Shown here: positions 38,190 to 52,499 of the stretch, one piece after another
Layout: each line of letters starts with the position of its first letter
How positions within the stretch are numbered: position 1 is the first letter of the stretch
Source: Octopus sinensis
Taxonomy: Eukaryota
Assembly (NCBI RefSeq): GCF_006345805.1
Contig: NC_043006.1
Location: 36,766,001-36,830,000, forward strand
DNA: 64,000 nucleotides
Direction: 5' to 3'
The notes under the pieces: generated by a model
What the model saw: only the letters and a program-made list of their open reading frames with translations
What the model was told of the DNA's origin: nothing
Databases searched by the model: none
Program-made: the position numbers and the translations under genes

Positions 38190-39954
38190 AGCACATTTGT
38201 ACTCCACACAAGTATAGAGTAACCCATCAGATTAATGCAAAGTTGTTTTGTATTATGACAGAACATTAGAAACAAACCTAAAGTGTGTGTGTGAATGTGG
38301 TAAGAAGCTTATTCTCAACCACATTGTTCCAGGTTCAGTTCCAGTGTGGCACCTTGGGCAAGTATCTTCTAACATCGCCTCGGGCTGACCAAAGCCTTGT
38401 GTGTGGATTTGGTGGATGGAAACTAAAAGAAGCCTGTCATATATATATATGACATATATATATATATGTAGGCGCGGGCATGGCTGTGTGGTTAGGGAGC
38501 TTGCTTCCTTGCTACATGGTTTCGGGTTCAGTCCCACTGCGTGGAACTTCGGGTAGGTGTCTTCCACTATAGCCCTGAGCCGACCGGAGTTTTGTGATTG
38601 AATTCGGTAGGTGGAAGTTACTGCCGTGTGTGTATATATGTGTGTATAGCTGCTCAGTGCCTCTCCGGAAGAGAGAGAGGGATATATATATATATTTGAC
38701 AGGCATACATATAAAAACCACCCACTACACTCTTGGAGTGGTTGGCATTAGGAAGAGCATCAAGCTGTAGAAACATTGCCAGATCAGATTGGAGCCTGGT
38801 GCAGCTGCTGGCTCTCCAGACTTTAGTCAAACTGTCCAACCCAGGCCAGCATGGAAAACGGATGTTAAATGAAGATGATATATGTATATATGTCTGTATA
38901 TGTGTCTCTGTTTATCTCCCACCACTGCTTAACAACTGGTGGTGGTGTGTTTACATCTCTGTACACTGTATATCCCTGTAACTTAGTGGTTCATCAAAAG
39001 AGACAAATAAAATAAGTACTAGTCTTTAAAAAAATAAGTCCTGGGGTTGATTTGTTCGAGTAAAACCCATCAAGGCAGTGCCCCAGCATGGCCACACTAA
39101 AGTGTCAAACAAGTGAAAGATAAAAGATGTGTGTGTTTATGAATGGATGGATATGCATTCTTGTTTCAGTCATTTGACTGCGGCCATGCTGGAGCACCGC
39201 CCTTAGTTGAACAAATCGACCCCAGGACTTATTCTTTGTAAGCCTAGTACTTTATCGGTGTCTTTTGCCAAACTGCTACATTTTGGTGATGTAAACACAC
39301 CAACATCGGTTGTTAAGTGATGGCAGGATGGGGGAACAAACACAGACACGTACATACATACATTACAGGCTTCTTTCAGTGTCCATCTACCAAGACAGTT
39401 GCCCATGGTGCCACGCAGTGTGATTGAACTCAGAAGCAAGCTTCTTACAACGGTGCACCAGCATGGCCTCAGCCTCTGGCTGAAATCTGTAAAAGTTAAA
39501 AGATATATCGATCAATTAGATGAAATAAAATCAAACTTTGGATGGCCTGTATTGATCTCAAATAGACTGCCTGGGACCATACAACTGTTCAACCAGGATG
39601 TATATGGCCAAGCTGAATTGCTCAACAAAATGCTTGCAGTATCTAGCTATAGTTAAAGCTGTTATATCTGAGTTCAAATCCTAGTGAAGGCGACTTTGCT
39701 TTCATCTTTCCATCACTGACAAAATGAAATATCAGTGAAGTCATGACGCTAATTTAATATTTTTAAACTCCATCTGATATATGAATGGAAGTATAAAGTT
39801 AAGGCAAATGGTTACATATTGCACAAACAAACACTACATAATCATGTGTCTTGTGGCATGTTCTAGAAATTCAGATGTAATTTGATATAATTGCATAATT
39901 AGAAGAATTTGTGAAAAACTAGTCAATTTGGTAAAAGTAGTTATAAAGAGAGAA

Positions 39955-40099
39955 GAATACACATACATACATACATACATACATATACATACATACGTGT
40001 GTGTGTGTATGTAAGTGTGTGTGTGTGTGTGTATATGTAAGTGTGTGTGTGTGTGTATGTGTGTGTATGTGTGTATGTATATATATATGTATGTATGTA

Positions 40100-40130
<31 letters not shown>

Positions 40131-40752
40131 GTATATGTGTGTATGTATATATGTATATATATGTACCGTCCAACCCATGCTAGCATGGAAAGCGGACGTT
40201 AAATGATGATGATGATGTATATGTAAGTATATATATATGTATATGTGTGTAAGTATATGTATATGTGTATATATATATATATGTGTGTGTATATGTATAT
40301 GTGTGTATATATATACACACATATATGCACACACATACATAAACAGTTGTGTGTATATTATATATTTATACACATACATACATCCACACATGCATATATC
40401 TATGTATACAAATGTATATATAATACGCAAACTTTCATATAAATAGTTACACACACACACACATACATGTATTTACGTACAAACAATCATCTATAGTTAC
40501 ATGTAATCCTTGATGGAATTTTAATAACCCCAGCCCTTCTTATATATATGTACTTTTTATTCTCCTATTTGTTTCAATCATTTGACTGTGGCCATGCTTG
40601 AGCCTTTAGTCGAACAATTTGACTCCAGGACTTATTCTTTGCCAACCGCTAGTTACAAGGACGTAAACACACCAACATCGGTTGTCAAGTGATGGTGAGG
40701 GGACAAACACAGACACACACAAATATCTACATACATACACACATACATACAT

Positions 40753-40787
<35 letters not shown>

Positions 40788-41524
40788 ATAACAAATTAAT
40801 AAATAAAACATATGCATACATACATACATATATGTATATACCTACATCTATATGTATATATACATGCATATATGGGTACAGGACACCAAAAAAACTTAGA
40901 ACACAACGAAAAACGAAAACATGAAAACAAACATATGGAAACGGACTTTTTCAAACAACGAAAAATCCGAGTACAAGACATACAACACAAGGAACATTCC
41001 CCTTCTTCAGCTGCCACTGCTTCAACTACTCCATGTTTCGAAGGTAAGGGCAAGACACGACTTGCTTTGTCCTTCCTGCAAAGCAAATTAAATAAAATTT
41101 GGGATTTTTTGCGGAGGGGTAAAAATGGTGACAAGAACAGGACAGTAAAAGCAAAACAAGACAGTAAAAGCAATACAAATAAAAACAATAAAAGACAGGA
41201 CAAGGAGAATAACACAGTAAAAACAAACGATAAGGGCTTATATATATATATATACACAACAGGCTTCTTTCAGCTTCAGTCTACTAAATCCACTCACAAG
41301 GCTTTGGTTGGCCTGAGGCTAGATTAGAAGACACTTACCCAAGGTGCCATGCGGTGGGACTGAACACGAAACCATGTGGTTGGGAAGGAAGCTTCTTACC
41401 ACACAGCCACTCCATATATGGATACATACACACAAACATCCATACACACATATACATTCATATACATAATACATATATGTACATATATACACATAAACAT
41501 ATATATTCATGCAGACATATTTGG

Positions 41525-41586
<62 letters not shown>

Positions 41587-41690
41587 ATGTATATATATAT
41601 ATGTATATATATGTATATATATATTTATATGTATATATATACACACACACACACACATGTGTATTTGACTAAGTGTGTGTGTGTGCGTAT
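39955..41690. repeat. Dense (TA)n/(TG)n/(TACA)n microsatellite field interleaved with SINE fragments
   Basis: Direct reading. Confidence 0.9.
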
Positions 41691-42129
41691 ATATTTTCCT
41701 TTCCCAAATTTAAGTAAATGTGTTTAGAAAAATATATTAGTTGAATAAAGTAACAACATAGTCTGGTTTTTAATTATTGTATTTAAAAAACAATTTTTTT
41801 ACAATGTTCAAGTGTGTGAAACATTAAAAAAATATTTTGTAATGCTCATAAAGTTCAATTAGCACCTTCATATGTTCGTAGTAATCATCAAATTTCAAAA
41901 TGTATTGACTGGCAGTTGAGTTTAGCGCTTGACAACCTTAGTAAAATGACTGACTCCTTCCTTTTTATACCTTTTAGAAGGCTCTGACAAGCTGAATTTT
42001 TTTAATATAGTTTTGACTAATCAGCATGCAGCCTAAATGTCACGGTTTGCTGGGCACACTGATATTACTGGCATAGATCCTGGCTTTATTTTAACCAATT
42101 AGCTTGTGGTTTACATATAATGGTGTTAT

Positions 42130-42850
42130 GAATGAGCAAACTTATTTAATGCAGTAGATCAAATTTCTGCTTTTGCAGTCCATATCTGCATTTGTGGAAA
42201 AGCTGTCCATTTTTTGTTCTAATGGATCTACCGGTGTGCATGTATTGACTAACACATTCTACATCTGTCATCATTGCACTTGGATACTGTGAATGTTTGT
42301 TCATGTTGAATTTTGCCGTTATCATTATACATGAACAACCAAGATAAAACATTCACAGTATCCAAATGGATGGATTGATTGCTCAACAACTACATTATCC
42401 AAATTGGCTTTCTCATTTGCCAAAATGATCTGGAGTGATTTGAGGGAAATTTGACTATTTTTTCTAGCATGTTGAATTACCACATAGAGTAGTGTGATGA
42501 AGGGGAAGTTATTTTTTTAGATACCGGGTTGAATTGCAAGCACATATGAATTTGTTGAGGTGCATCTGTACTGAGAAAAATAATGAATTGTTAAATTTAC
42601 TAATTCAAATGTGTGCAGCTGCTGTTAAATTACTCTTTGGGTCTTAACATTAAACTTTTTCTTTTTTTTTCTTTCATATGGACTTCTAGAAATTTTGCCA
42701 TTGAACACTTTCAAATGTGAAAGCAAGTGAGAGGTTCCTGATTCCTGACATAGAAGCTTTATCCTGGGTTGGAGATCATTCAGTAAATTCCTGCGGAGCT
42801 TGCAAAGGGATATAGTCATCTAATTGCATCTAAGTGTAGATGACTGTGTC
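42130..42850 (-). mobile_element. Highly decayed Penelope-like element (Neptune type with Cys-rich linker)
   Basis: Fragments LLNDLQPRIKL (RT), KCNDDRCRMC (Cys linker), NADMDCKSRNLIYCI (start of GIY-YIG) in different frames. Confidence 0.7.
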
Positions 42851-45130
42851 AGATAAGGCTGAGAGACTGTCGGCAGTTTGCATTATATCCTGTCATAAGA
42901 AATGTGTTGTCAACAAACTGCGGAGACTGTTGACAGTTGATACTATAATACCATTTATCATCATCATCATCGTCCTCATTTAATGTCCATGTTCCATGCT
43001 GGCATGGGTTGGACAGTTTGACAGGCTCTGGTGGTTCTAAGGACTGCATCATGCTCCAGTGTCTGCTTTGGCATGACTTCTATAATTGGATGCCCTCCTA
43101 ACACCTACCACTTTGCAGTGTGTACAGAGTGATTTTTTCCATGCCACTGTCATTAGCAAGATTGCCATCTACCTGGCAAGACTAGGAAACCTGAGGTGGG
43201 GATAGAGCTTTATGCAAAGAGATGAGGTGGGGATTGAAGTATGAAAGCAAAGAAACTGGGTGAGCAGGTTCTTCTTGTACAGGAGCTGTAGTCACTCATG
43301 TTTAGAAAAAAGGGTTAGAATGACTAGAAAGAGTTGCAAGTCCAGGTGGCCCTTGAAAGTACATTGTGAGCAGGAGTAAGTAGGAACAGAGGAACTAGGA
43401 GTGTGGATGGGTGGGTGTTTGCAAGCATGTACGAAAGATCAAAAGATGGGGAACAGGAGCTAGGCAGCGACACTGAAAATTGGGTAGGTTTGAAGGGTGG
43501 ATGTAGGGAATGACAGACAACCAAGAGCTGGGGAAGATGGTGGGGGGAGTGCAGAAGAGAAGAGGAGGCTGTGTGTTCATTACCACATCTGATACTATTG
43601 CTACTAGTGTTATGAGAGAAGGCTGTAGAAGATATTCAAGGACAAGCGGCTCTTATTGGCAAAATTCTAAAAAGCAGGCAATATGATATATCTGCAGGAA
43701 ATATGATGCCATTCGGTTGTGAATGAAGCCTGGGCAGTGGGTGTAAAGAATCTGCATTAAATTGAGAAAGTGGGGGAAGGATTATCTTTTGTCCAGCTGC
43801 ATTGATTTACAAAGGAATGCTAAACATGTGTAATAGAAGCCTTTCATATGTGATGTAATTTAGTGAGTTGTAAAACTTAGAAATAAACTGAGATTATTCA
43901 AATAAATAGCAAAGAAAAAACTTCCTCTTTTGGGTGTTTAACCCTTTTGGCATTCAGATTACTCTGTTAAATGTAATGCTTTATTTACTCACATTATTTT
44001 CTAATTAATCATGCGTTATCTTGTAGCTTTGAGGTTTCAATGATGTGATAGTTTATTTTTAGAATAACATTGTAGGGTTGGTGTGAGAGGTCAAATTTGG
44101 TTGGTTTGAGCACAAAACAAGTAGAATATTTGGGCTGGATATGACTGATTAAAATGCTTAGGGGCCAAGTTTAACCCTTTAACATTCAGATTGCTCTGTT
44201 GAATGTAATGTTTATTTACTTGTAGTTCTGAATTAATCCTGTTTTATCTCATAGCCATGAAATTTCAATATTTAGTTGTAATAAAAACAATTTTACATTA
44301 ATCCAAGGGGTTACCCTATACTTTTGTTGAGTGCAAATTCATTCTTAAGCAAGAATATTGTCTACAGTGACTTTGAAGTTTTGGCCAGTTAAGCCATCAT
44401 TGGACTGCCAATGGTGAATGGCTTAACTGGTCAAGACTTTGAAGACACTGCTGACAATATTCTTGTTTAAGAATAAATGTATATGTGTATATATATGTAC
44501 ACACACACACACACACACACATAAAATATGTATAAAAAATATGTATGTGTGTTTGTTGTGTTTGAGCCCCACCACTGCTTGACAAGTGTTGGTTTGTTTA
44601 TATCTTTCTAACTTAGCAGTTATGTTAAAACAGGCTGACAGAATAAGTACCAAACTTTAAAGCAGTAAGTATCGGAGTCAATTTGCTGAACCAACTCTTC
44701 AAGGCTGTGCTCCAGCATGACCACCATCAACCAATGACTAAAACAAATAAAACAAAATACACATGCACCAGTGCTATGTGTTAGAAGCACTCTAACATTA
44801 AAAAGTCAAAATCTTACAGAACACCTGCACACCATATGTTACACCATATGCAGTGCCATGCCACATGCTTACCATATGCAGCAAACAAGTGTTTCATTGC
44901 ACAGTGGTTTGAAGCATCTGTTGTAGATATATCAGTTAATGATAGAGCTTGTAGGTGGTCACTTTACCAACTAGAAATAGCAGCCAAGTCTCTGTCATGC
45001 CGTAAAATTTTAAAAAGTGAAGGGCACATTGCTGCACTCTATGTAACCCAAAATATACAGAAGACAAGATAGCCATGGTTGGAATGCCTTTGGCTATATA
45101 TCTGCTTGATCAGGACCAGCTTTGGGTTAA

Positions 45131-45349
45131 CCCTTTAAGCATTTAAACGGGCCAAATCGGACCTAAATATTCTCCTTGTTTTATGTTCAAGCCAGCCAGA
45201 TGCAAACTCTCACACTCTGCCCTACAAGGTCCTTCTAAAAATAAGCAATAACATGAAAATCTCAAAGCTGCAAGATGATGCATGATTAATTCAAAACAAT
45301 GTGAATAAATAAACATTACATTTGACAGAGAAATCTGAATGCTAAAGGG
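45131..45349. mobile_element. piggyBac-like MITE (related copies at ~28150-28370, 43940-44165, 44172-44270, 46495-47000; another family at 27832-28037)
   Basis: ttaa|ccctttaagcatt ... aatgctaaaggg|tgaa: CCC termini with TTAA-like flanks. Confidence 0.6.
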
Positions 45350-48300
45350 TGAAACACTAAAATTACAAGAACGAAAACTCCTAAATTAAGGATTTGTCTA
45401 TGGACTCCTTTGATTCCTATTTTATTCGGGTGAACCCTCATTACCATTTGATGTTTAAAAAATTCTATCATATTTTTTATAATTAAATATTATTAAAAAT
45501 TGTGTAAAAAGAATTGTTAAAATATTTTGTATATTGTAGAAATCTAACCTATTTCTTTCATAAATGTTTACAACGAAACCTTATATGGGGGCCCTAAAGG
45601 GCCATATAGACCCCAGTTGAGAACCACTGTGCTAAATAAAGCCAGTCATTTATAACACCCTTGTTAAATAATTGTTATAGCTTCCATTATAACATGTACA
45701 TATAGACGGCAAGCTGGCAGAATTGTTAGCACACCAGGTGAAATGCTTAGCGATATTTCATTTGCCACTATGTTCTGAGTTCAAATTCTGCCAAGGTCGA
45801 CGTTGCCTTTCATCTTTTCAAGGTCAATAAATTAAGTACCAATTGTGCACTGGGTTGATGTAATCGACTTAATCCCTTCCCCCAGATTTGAGGCCTTGTG
45901 CTTCCAGTAAAAAAGGATTATAAAAGGTCAGTGTGGCTGTGGGATTTATAGAAGAATACTAAACAAACATGTCTGGTGGTAGAAGCCTCACATATGTCGT
46001 ATAGTTTAGTGAGTTGTAAAACTTAAATAACCTGAGATTATTCAAGCAAATAGCAAAGGAAAACTTTCTCTTTGGGTGTTTTAAGTTTAATCTTTTACAG
46101 GTGCAGGAGTGGCTGTGTGGTAAGTAGCTTGCTTACCAACCACATGGTTCCGAGTTCATTCCCAGTATGTGGCACCTTGGGCAAGAGTCTTCTACGATAG
46201 CCTCGGGCCAACCAAAGCCTTGTGAGTGGATTTGGTAGACGGAAATTGAAAGAAGCCCATCGTATATATATGTGTATGTTTGTGTATATGTTTGTGTGTC
46301 TGTATTTGTCCCCCCAACATCACTTGACAACAGATGCTGGTGTGTTTACGTCCCCGTAACTTAGCGGTTCAGCAAAAGAGACTGATAGAATAAGTACTAG
46401 GCTTCCAAAGAATAAGTCCTGGGGTCGATTTGCTTGACTAAAGGTGGTGCTCCAGCATGGCCGAAATCAAATGACTGAAACAAGTAAAAGAGTAGCATTC
46501 AGGATTACTCTTGTCAAATGTAATGCTTTATTCATTGACAGGTGAAGGTGGCTGTACTTCCCAACCACATAGTTCTAGGTTCAGTCTCACTGTATGATAT
46601 CTTGAGTAAGTGTGTTCCACTATAGCCTTGGGTCAGCCAAGGCCTTCTGATTGGATTTGGTAGACAGAAACTGAAAGAAGCCCTTCATTTGCATGCGCGC
46701 ATGTGTGTGTTTGTGCCTGTGTTTGTCCCCCACCAGCATTTGACATCTGCTGTTGGTTTGTTTATGTCCTTATAACTTAACAGTTCAGCAAAAGAGATCA
46801 AATAAATACTGGGCTTAGAAAATAAAAAGAGTATTGGGGTCGACTTGTTCGACCAAAAACTCTTCAAGGCGGTGCCCCAGCATGGCCACAATCTAATAAC
46901 CAAAACAAGTAAAGAATAAAAGATTGTTTTGAACTAATCATGCATTATCTCATAGATACAAAATTTCAGTGATGTGATTTATTTTTAGAGTGACATTGTT
47001 GGGTACTGCTTGCTTGGGTGTGTGTGTGAGTGTTGCGAGTGTTCTCGCACAAACAGACTCCTCTCTGTTAAAACAATCTCTCCAGCTGGAAAAACAGTTT
47101 CTCTGTTGAAACCTATCCTACTTAAGCTAGTTTGGATTAATTAGTGTCATAAAAACAAAAAAAACAAAAATGAAATATATAGATTTATATGAGTTACAGG
47201 AACTGTCATGGTTCTATGCTTAAAAAAACTCATTTTGCAGTCATGTGGTTCTACATTTGATCCCATCACTAAGCACTTTTAACCTGCAGTCAACCAAAGA
47301 CTTGGGGGTGAAATTCGTTAAGAAGTTGTGCGAGATCCTCTCAGGTGTGTGTGTGTGGGTGTGTATCCATCCATCTTTCCTTCCTTTCTTTCTTTCTTTC
47401 TTTCTATATATATATATATAGCAGTTGCAGTGCAGAAGACACTAACCTTTGAAAGACACACAAAAAACTGCTAATTTCATTTAAATATTTATTACATGGT
47501 CTCCAAATTTTCATTGCACTGAGTGCTACCTCTTCTCTGACACAGAGTGTTTTGGACTGGCTCAAATGTATTTTCCATGCTGTAGGTGTTTTAGGTTCAA
47601 CAAATGGTTTCAAATAAAGTCACTTACAAAACTAGTACACTTTCAAAATATACCACCCTCATCTGCATCATTTAACGTCCACTTTCCATGCTGGCATGGG
47701 TTAGATGGTTTGACTGGAATTGATAAGCCAGATAGCTGCACCAGGTTCCAGTCTGATTTGGCATGGTTTCTATGGCTGGATGCCTTTCCTAACACCAACC
47801 AATCCAAGAGTGTAGTAGGTACCTTTTAGTGTCACTGGCACGGGTGCCTTTTATGTGTCACTGGCAGTTAGATGTGTATGTGTGTGTATATACACAAACA
47901 CCAACATTCACAACCATTTATGTATCAGTGATAAAATATATACATAGTTAATAGGCCAGTTGCTGCAGGATTTGTCCTGAGATAACATCTTTTATGGATT
48001 TTGGAAATGGTCAGGTCAGGAAAATCCTGCTATGGGTAACATGTAACCAGTACTACCTGTTACATAGCCATCTCCCACTCAGCTAGCTTGCCAGGTGAAG
48101 AGTGTGTTGTGGACACTCAGCAAGACGGAAAACAAAATTTGTCAAAGGACAGTTGATCTCATTGTGTACCAACAGCTATCCACATGAGTGGTGTCTCACA
48201 AAAACTCCAATAAAAGACATATTGTGCTTTCAAGTTGGAGTTGATATCCATGAATGATGTGGCATAGAGCAAGTAGACAGACTTAGGTCATATACTGCAG

Positions 48301-50787
48301 CAACTGACTTTTAACAGTCTATATACATTAAGTATGATACATAGATGTCTATTTTAAATATAGGCCCAGTTGCACATACTGGATACCTACACACATATAT
48401 ATGTCTTTTTATGCTTGCTTTATTTTTTATGACTGTCTGTTGTTTAATCCATGTTGTTGTTTAATCCTTGGTTAACTTTGATTAAGCAAACCTTTGATTG
48501 AAGATCTTTTAGCCATGACTGTTCCCACTTATATTGGTTTTGTTTTACAATTGGGAAGAAAAGACATCAATACATAAAACAGAGTATGTATATCATTTAT
48601 TAGTTTTGGTGCTGCATAAGTTTCTCATTCTGAAAGGCCTAGACTTTCATACTGAAGATTTGTCAGAAGTGTTGACAAATGCTTTATATAACTTTGTTGT
48701 TAATTTACACACAAACACACACACACTGGTGGGGATAGCAGGATCGTTTAAAGCATCAAACAAAAATCGTTGGCATCATCATTGTTCTAACATCCACTTT
48801 TCCATGCTCATATGAGTTGGACAGAATTTGTTGAGGTAGATTTTCTATAGTCAGATACCAGCCCCCACCTGTTGCCAACTGTCACCCATTTGTCCTGAGA
48901 TAAACATCTTTTATGGATTTTGGAAATGTTCAGGTCAGGAAAATCCTGTTATGGGTATCATGTAACCAGTACTACATGTTACATAACCAGATGGCTGGTA
49001 GTTGTAATCCCCACCCTCCATGCCAAGCAAGGTATTATTTCCCCTTCTCAAGATGTGTTTTCATAGGAGATCCGAAATGGACACTACTGTGTTTAGGTGG
49101 ATTGGTTACATGGTTACATGCTTCTATGCTCAAAGGTGACTACCATTCTCCCTTACAATGTGGATAAAATACAAATCAAACTACTTTAACTGATTAAAGC
49201 TTTGATATTCCTAATACCTAATAAACTTGCAATGACTCGTCTTATACTTGGCTTCCATTCGCAGTGTTATCATTGTTTTGTCATTTGACGTTAGTTAGAA
49301 CAATCTCGGTTAGGTGCTGTTATTATGAAGAGAACTAGGTCAAGTATCTAAGAGCTTTACACCTACCTTATTCTTAGATAATAAGTTACATCAGTGTTTA
49401 TTAGTGTCAAGAAATTATGTTTCTCTGAGTTAAAAGAAAAAAAAAATTAACCCTTTATTACTGCACCTGTTTTGCCTAAATGCAAGGAATAAGTACAAAG
49501 TTTTTCAGGAAACAGTTATGATAAACGTGCTATCACTAGGAAGATTTCTCTCTCATCTACTTCAAAACTCTATTCATGAAATCAGAAGCTTATAGGCGTA
49601 GGAGTGGCTGTGTGGTAAGTAGCTTGCTTATGAATCACATGGTTCCGGGTTCAATCCCACTGCATGGCACCTTGGGCAAGTGTCTTCTACTATAGCCTCG
49701 GGCTAACCAAAGCCTTGAGAGTGGATTTGGTAGACGGAAACTGAAAGAAGCCCGTCGTATATATGTACATATATATTTACGTATGTGTGTGTCTGTGTTT
49801 GTTCCCCCCCCCCAACATCGCTTTACAACTGATGTTGGTGTGTTTACGTCCCCATAACTTAGCAGTTCAGCAAAATTAAGTACTAGGATTACAAAGAATA
49901 AGTCCTGGGGTCGATTTGCTTGACTAAAGGCGGTGCTCCAGCATGGCCACAGTCACATGACTGAAACAAGTAAAAGAGTAAAGAGTAAGCTTAACTTCAG
50001 CAATCAGAAACCTTTTGAAAGCATTTCATATATTTGCTAGTTTAGTAATTGGTTGGTTTAGCTGATTCATCTTTCCCTTTTAATATTTTTTATGCTTTAA
50101 GTTAATGAAACACTTCCAACAAACCTTTTGTGTTTTTGACTCTATTTTTTTTTTAACCCTATTATATCTAACTCAAATAAAGGCAAGCAAATAATGCATG
50201 AACAACAAGCACGTGTATTAATTTGACACTCAGGAAAATGAAAAAGTCTTTTACGCTTTGAGCCTATGCTCTTCAACAGAAAGGAATGAGAGAAAATAAA
50301 CAGAGAGAGAAAAAAAAAACTTGTAGATTTAGCAGTCAAGCATGGCAAATGATTAGAAAAAAAGTTGGAAAGAAGAGGTTGAAAGAAAGGGAAATAATAA
50401 AGTGCTGGTGATTCCAAATGAAGGTGTGCATGTGTGTATGTATGTGAGAATGGTGTGTATGAATGTGTAAGTGTGTGTGCTTGAATAGGGTCTAGTGACT
50501 CTGATGTGTGCGCATGTGTAAGTGTGTGCATCTGTAACAAGATACATACACACAATGGGCTTCTTTCAGTTTCTGTCTACCAGATCCACTCAGAAGGCTT
50601 TGATCAGTTCTAGACTCTTGCCCAAGGTGTCATGCAGAGAGACTGAACCAGAAACTGTGTGGCTGGAAAGTAAGCTTCTTAACCACACAGCTATGCTTCC
50701 ACCTAAAAAACAGTTCTGTATAATTGTGTTCCAAGGTGAATCTCTGTTTTATCAAGTTCAATTTTGTTCTAGTTTTTATAGTATTTA

Positions 50788-51039
50788 CTAGCAGTATCGC
50801 CTGGCGTTGCTCAGGTTTGTAAGGGAAATAACTATGCATTAAAATGGAAAAAAATTATGGTAAATTTTTTTTTTAAATCGTAGACTCATCGTAGATGCGC
50901 GCTAATACCCAGAAGGGCTCGATATGAATCATGACTATAAGATACCCGGTTTTGGTTAAACTGCACCGCAAAATGTGGGAGTAGTTAGGAATCTAAATTG
51001 TAGGAGACAGACACACAACTTCACTTTTATATATAAAGA
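50788..51039 (-). mobile_element. Non-autonomous Helitron-like element
   Basis: A|TCTTTATATATAAAAG...GCAACGCCAGGCGATACTGCTAG|T. Confidence 0.7.
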
Positions 51040-51347
51040 TTTGACAAGAAAACGATAATGATTCATAATTGCGTGTTAAAGTAATGAGTTTATATGGTGT
51101 ATTGCAGTACTCAAGATGACCCGCCCACCTACGTAAAAAGCACTCTGTAAAGTGGTTGGCATTGCGAAAGGTATCCATCTGTAGAAACCAAGCCAAGCAG
51201 ACTATGAAACCTGGTATGGCTCTTGGTTTTGCCAGCTCCTGTCAAAACAGACACTGTAGCATAGGGTAGCCTTTCTACCTGGCTGGCTCCTGTCAACCAT
51301 CCTATGTATGCATGCATGGAAGATGAACATTAAATAATGATGATGAT

Positions 51348-51563
51348 GAGTGGGTGCTGGAAAGTTCCTGGCTTTTGGTAAAAGAAAATACAGGAGGCTC
51401 AGTTAATTATGATTTTACTCAACATATTTTCTTCTCTGAATCACACACTTATTATAGCGGTCTTTCAGTTTTTCTAAGCCCTGTAAAAGATCTGGGAAGA
51501 TTGGGCCTCCAACCAGGCCTTTTGTGATACCCTTAAAGCCAGGAACTTTTCAGCACTCCCTTG
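51348..51563. mobile_element. Mariner-type MITE
   Basis: TIRs gagtgggtgctggaaagttcctggcttt / aaagccaggaacttttcagcactcccttg. Confidence 0.7.
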
Positions 51564-52091
51564 TGTATATGTTCACACACAGACACACACGCATCGCTTG
51601 ACAACCTGTGTTTGTTTGTTTGCTTATGTCCCTGTAACTTAACAGTTTGGCAAAATAAGCCAATAGCAATAAGTACCAGACTTTAAAAAAAAAATTACTA
51701 GGGTTGATTTGTTCACCTTAAACACTTTGAGGCAGTGCTCCTGTATGGCTGCATTCCAGTTACTGAAACAGTCAAAAAAAGAAAAGATCAGTTTATAGTG
51801 TAATAAACATTAGCTGACTGAAACATTAGCACACTGGGCAAAACGTTTTGTGGTATTTCATTTGTTTTGATGTTCTGAGTTCAAATTCTGCTGAGGTCAA
51901 CTTTACTTTTCTTCCTTTTGGGGTCTTCACCTTTCATTCTTTCAGTGTTGATAAAAAAAAAGTACCAGTTGGGTGCTAGGAGTCAATGTGATCGACTACC
52001 CATTCTCTCAAAACTGCTGGCCTTGTGCCACAAGTTGAAACCTATTTTAGTATATTAAACAAATTATGTTATAAAAAAAAATTAGTTAATG

Positions 52092-52326
52092 TTGTTATAT
52101 TTCGGAATGGTCATATTGCCAGTTTAGCCAATAAAAACACACGCACTATATATTTGGTGTTATTTTGCTTCAGTGATATTTATTTTTTACATTAATCTTA
52201 ATCTTATTTCGGCCGATTAAGATTAATGTAAAAAATAAATATCACTGAAGCAAAATAACACCAAATATATAGTGCGTGTGTTTTTATTGGCTAAACTGGC
52301 AATATGACCATTCCGAAATATAACAA
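52092..52326. repeat. Perfect inverted repeat, 112-bp arms, 11-nt spacer (ttatttcggcc)
   Basis: ttgttatatttcggaatgg...cttaatc at 52092-52203 versus gattaag...ccgaaatataacaa at 52215-52326. Confidence 0.97.
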
Positions 52327-52499
52327 TATCTGTTTCAACACACGACTTCACATAAAAAATCTTGCACAACAAGTATTTAAACGTACTAAAGTAGTTAATA
52401 AAAGGTATAAAATAAAAAGAAACAAAGAGTATATTTTAAATTAAAAAACAGTAACAAATCAGTTATATGAACAAATAATTATGGAATATTATTCATAAT

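Noticed and set aside
40995-41055. Minus-strand GAAAC...GTA...CTGAAGA arrangement suggesting a type II hammerhead
   Set aside because: Stem I does not pair at the core-adjacent positions and stem II relies on wobbles; the 171-aa ORF 40812-41327 there is low-complexity repeat sequence.
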